Shown in pieces: positions 28,936 to 32,000 of a stretch of 32,000 nt of DNA. The first letter of the stretch is position 1. Each line of letters starts with the position of its first letter. Position numbers and translations under genes: made by a program. The notes beneath the pieces are model-generated. The model did not search any database, had not been told where the DNA came from, and worked only from the letters and a program-made list of their open reading frames with translations. The stretch is taken from contig JBMYVL010000003.1 of the NCBI GenBank assembly GCA_049606355.1, positions 220,676 to 252,675 on the forward strand, written 5' to 3'. The DNA is from Opitutales bacterium (GTDB lineage Bacteria; Verrucomicrobiota; Verrucomicrobiia; Opitutales; Coraliomargaritaceae).

Positions 28936-31900
28936 CTAGAACTTACGGTTCAAACTAATGCTAATCGAATCACTCTTAGCGTCACGCTCGATGGAGTTGG
29001 TGTTCCAGTGAACCGATGCACTCCAGTCATCACCTCTAAGTGCGCTGAAACCGAGGGAAGTGGAAACACCGTTGCGATCCCGCCCGGCAGGCACGTAGTC
29101 AAAGGCGGCACCCTCGCCGCCTTCAAGGCTGGCTTGGATGGTGCGTCCACTGTCAGTCAACTCGTTATTGAGCGATACGCGTAATTCGGGCACGAGGGTC
29201 AGGCTCTCGGTAAGCTGCATGCGGTAGGACAGGTGGCCTCCGATCTCGCTGGTCAGGCTCTTAACGGTTTGGTCTTCAAGCCCGAGGTTGAGACTGTCCG
29301 CGCCACTTTCCGCAAAGCCGTCGATTTTGACCTGGGATAGCTCCAGTCCAGCATGCGGCCCAAAGGTGAAGTTCCCGAATTTGAAGTCCCTCCCGAGACT
29401 GACTGCTGCGTTGAACTGCAAGCTTTCCGTCTCCCCGGAGGCACTGCGATCCACCGTTGAGAACGCAATCGCGCGGCGGGTATCCACATCCATCGTTCCC
29501 GCGCTCACAATGGCATCCAAATAGGTTCCCGCACCATCATTCAGGGTAGCGTAAGCACCAAATTGAATGCTATCACTGCTCATGCTACTTCCGGGAGCGT
29601 AGTCGACCTCATTGAAGTCGCGAGCTGCGAAGACCCCGATCTGCAGGTTGCCCGCTCCATGGTAATCTGCACCGACACGGAAGCCCTCACGCTCATTCTC
29701 ATAGGCCGGCGTGGCATCAAAGGCACTCGAACGCATGGAATCGAGATGGACTTGCGTCCAGGCATTCCAACCCAGTTTTCCAAATGCCGGCCCGGAACCC
29801 TCGTTCATCGCCCGTAGGAGGCCGAGGCGTTGTTGCATGTACTCAGCCTGGTGGAAGCCCTGATCGAGCAGGATTTCGCTCACACTTTCGTGGAAGTAAG
29901 GCATGACCTGTTCAAAAGCCGCCGGATATTCCGATTCGGTGAGTTCGTCCAGCGCGATGGAGACCGTCATGGTGTCACCCGTAGTTGCCGGAATAAAGGA
30001 GTCCAATGCAGCGGCGACATTGAACTGATTCTGTGTTTGCGCCATCAGGGTGTAGGTTTCGGGCGCAAAGCGGAGGCTTGCAATGGTGCCGGTATTCAAG
30101 AGGCGAATACGGTAGTTGGTGGGCGCATTATACGTGTCGAATTCACCGGTAATGGATGTACCCACCCCAGTGGTTTGGAAGACATCGTATTTATCACCGA
30201 CCGCAATGGAACCGGAACCCCAGATCGTGGCGTTGAGCGTACCATCGAGGGTGATATTACCCGTGGCGATGGTCTGGTCGTAATTGGTAAGGCTCTCGAT
30301 TTCGACCTCCGTGGTGGAACTCGTGTCGAGGGTTAGGTCGCCCGTAATATTGATTGTACTGGGAGAATTACCCGGTGCCAATGTGCCGAACACCTGCACA
30401 TCCCCCTGAACTGTGCCGTCACCACCAAGGGTAGCGCCGGTTTGTACGATAAGATTATTCGTAATGAGCTGACCGTTGATCGCCAGTAAACCTTGGTTAA
30501 CGACGGTGTTGTTATTTTCAACCTTGGTAATGTTCTCAAGCTTGAGATTGCCATCGCCGTTCTTCTCGAGATTATTGCTTAAAACAATAATGTCACCGCC
30601 CGAGACCATAGAATTACTGTTCTCGTTCACTGTGATTAAGCCGGAAGTAATGTGCAACTGGCCACCGGCCTCAACCGTCAGGTTCCCGTCATCCTTGAAG
30701 ATAATGGAGTTAACGGTGTTGTCCTGGTTGATGGTCTTGATTTCCTGATCGATTGTATAATCAGAAACCACAGGCGTATTCACACCTCCGTTGTTTTGAA
30801 TATCGGTACCGGACGAGGTTGCCCCTTCGACCTTGAAGAGGACGTTACCGTTCTCAAGTGAGAAGGTTCCGTTGAGGGTCGTGCCCTCCCCTGCGCTGGA
30901 ACTGAAGTTGGCGATCTGGAAATCAGTTGTTCCAGTGTAACCGACCAAGGTATAGGTACCTGCATCGAGCGCCTCAACCTGGCTAAAGTCAAACTGACCG
31001 CCATTGCCTCCATTCGAGAAGTTTCCGCCGACCTCTATCTTGAGATCATTGGATTCAGGCGAAAGTCCGGTGTCATAGAAGGCAATCGTGCCGCCGTTCC
31101 AGTTGAGGTCGCCGCTAAAGCCAAGATTCCCCTGCATTTCACCTTTCGAGCGAATCAGGAGTTCGCCATCGTTGAGGGTAACGGTGCCATCGCCGAGTGC
31201 CGATCCACTGGCGACTTCAATAATACCTTCATTCAGGGTGGTACCACCAGTGTGGGTGTTGGTGCCGCTAAGCGTCACAGTTCCTGTGCCGGATTTCTCC
31301 AGTGCACCGCTACCGCTCATCACACTCGCGTAGGTGCCGTCAGCGGCTTGGTCGAAGCGAACGGTGCCGTTATTGGTAATCGCACCCTGCAGGCTGTCAG
31401 TATCACCGACGAGGGTACCGTTATTGACGGTGGTGCCGCCGGCGTAGGTGTTGGTGCCGCTAAGGGTCAGCGTTTCGGCGCCATCCTTCACAAGGCCCCC
31501 TGCCCCGGAAATCACTCCGCTAATGTCGAGCGACCCGTTAGCGGTGTTCACGACTTGATCGGTGGGCAATTCCAGATCCATTGCGATGGTGTGCTTCTCG
31601 CTGGATTCGTTTATGATGCCCTCCAGGGTGATACTCAGGGCGCTACCGTTTAGGGTATAAGCTCCCGTTACGTCCGAGGTGAAGAGCAGGCCGTCGATGG
31701 TGGTAATGTAATCGTCATTGGTACTGGTACCGCCCGCACCAACATATTCGATATTGTCGGTATTCTCTGGTTCGGAGGAATCCTCCCATTGGGAAACGGT
31801 GGACCAGTTGCCGTCACCCGTATTCCAAACCGCGGCGGTCTTGTAAACGAGGGTGAGACTATCATTCGCTTCGGTCACATAGAAGCGTCCGTCCGCACCG

Positions 31901-32000
31901 GTCATCCCACTGCCGTCAACCGAGAAGGCATCGCGACTGAAGTTCTGGATGCCGCCATCGAAGCTGGCAAATTCCCATTCGTATTTCTTCGCTTCAGGAT
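28936..32000 (-). CDS. large autotransporter (type Va) protein with autotransporter-associated beta-strand repeats; the N-terminus lies outside the window
   Basis: The frame stays open from 31905 to the window edge, and the first in-window Met has no signal peptide. Passenger repeats: 'GAGGLVKDGAETLTLSGTNTYAGGTTVNNGTLVG' and 'GSGALEKSGTGTVTLSGTNTHTGGTTLNEGIIEV'. The C-terminal about 280 aa have alternating beta-barrel character and end '...ISLNRKF' (terminal Phe). Confidence 0.85.
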   Translation of the reverse strand, partial: PEAKKYEWEFASFDGGIQNFSRDAFSVDGSGMTGADGRFYVTEANDSLTLVYKTAAVWNTGDGNWSTVSQWEDSSEPENTDNIEYVGAGGTSTNDDYITTIDGLLFTSDVTGAYTLNGSALSITLEGIINESSEKHTIAMDLELPTDQVVNTANGSLDISGVISGAGGLVKDGAETLTLSGTNTYAGGTTVNNGTLVGDTDSLQGAITNNGTVRFDQAADGTYASVMSGSGALEKSGTGTVTLSGTNTHTGGTTLNEGIIEVASGSALGDGTVTLNDGELLIRSKGEMQGNLGFSGDLNWNGGTIAFYDTGLSPESNDLKIEVGGNFSNGGNGGQFDFSQVEALDAGTYTLVGYTGTTDFQIANFSSSAGEGTTLNGTFSLENGNVLFKVEGATSSGTDIQNNGGVNTPVVSDYTIDQEIKTINQDNTVNSIIFKDDGNLTVEAGGQLHITSGLITVNENSNSMVSGGDIIVLSNNLEKNGDGNLKLENITKVENNNTVVNQGLLAINGQLITNNLIVQTGATLGGDGTVQGDVQVFGTLAPGNSPSTINITGDLTLDTSSTTEVEIESLTNYDQTIATGNITLDGTLNATIWGSGSIAVGDKYDVFQTTGVGTSITGEFDTYNAPTNYRIRLLNTGTIASLRFAPETYTLMAQTQNQFNVAAALDSFIPATTGDTMTVSIALDELTESEYPAAFEQVMPYFHESVSEILLDQGFHQAEYMQQRLGLLRAMNEGSGPAFGKLGWNAWTQVHLDSMRSSAFDATPAYENEREGFRVGADYHGAGNLQIGVFAARDFNEVDYAPGSSMSSDSIQFGAYATLNDGAGTYLDAIVSAGTMDVDTRRAIAFSTVDRSASGETESLQFNAAVSLGRDFKFGNFTFGPHAGLELSQVKIDGFAESGADSLNLGLEDQTVKSLTSEIGGHLSYRMQLTESLTLVPELRVSLNNELTDSGRTIQASLEGGEGAAFDYVPAGRDRNGVSTSLGFSALRGDDWSASVHWNTNSIERDAKSDSISISLNRKF

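Noticed and set aside
28936-31905. Repetitive DNA inside the autotransporter gene, considered as a possible CRISPR or tandem-repeat array
   Set aside because: The repeats are degenerate, in frame and of variable length. They correspond to protein-level passenger repeats. There is no regular repeat-spacer architecture.

Overview
The window reads as an ordinary chromosomal stretch of a moderately GC-rich Gram-negative bacterium. Housekeeping genes are about 58% GC by spot counts of 60-nt lines. My guess at origin is Verrucomicrobiota/PVC, based on autotransporter-associated beta-strand repeats, orphan prepilin-type genes and weak Shine-Dalgarno usage; this is inference only.

I can support 33 protein-coding genes, almost all core metabolism or housekeeping:
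- alpha-glucan enzymes: a GH13 fragment plus two GH57 paralogs
- mnmA, xth, thiL-tsaE, and a MarR regulator behind an exbB-exbD-tonB operon
- a ribokinase-superfamily kinase, tmk-holB, an SRAP peptidase, a TPMT-like methyltransferase
- ilvA, an AEC transporter, a SIS protein, a second exbB-exbD pair, leuCD, HU, ygfZ, a class I DAHP synthase, mdh

I also see three reasonably clear hairpin terminators. I found no rRNA, tRNA, CRISPR array, transposase, integrase, phage gene or recognisable defence or toxin-antitoxin gene.

Three stretches look accessory:
1. A lower-GC three-gene pseudopilin operon (5993-8412) with GspI/J/K-like order and an oversized K-like protein.
2. A low-GC islet (27308-28935) holding a lone FkbM-type methyltransferase between unusually long ORF-free spacers.
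3. A giant autotransporter gene running off the right edge.

I do not see a convincing novel multi-gene system. The pseudopilin operon and the FkbM/autotransporter islet are the best candidates for follow-up, and I score them modestly.
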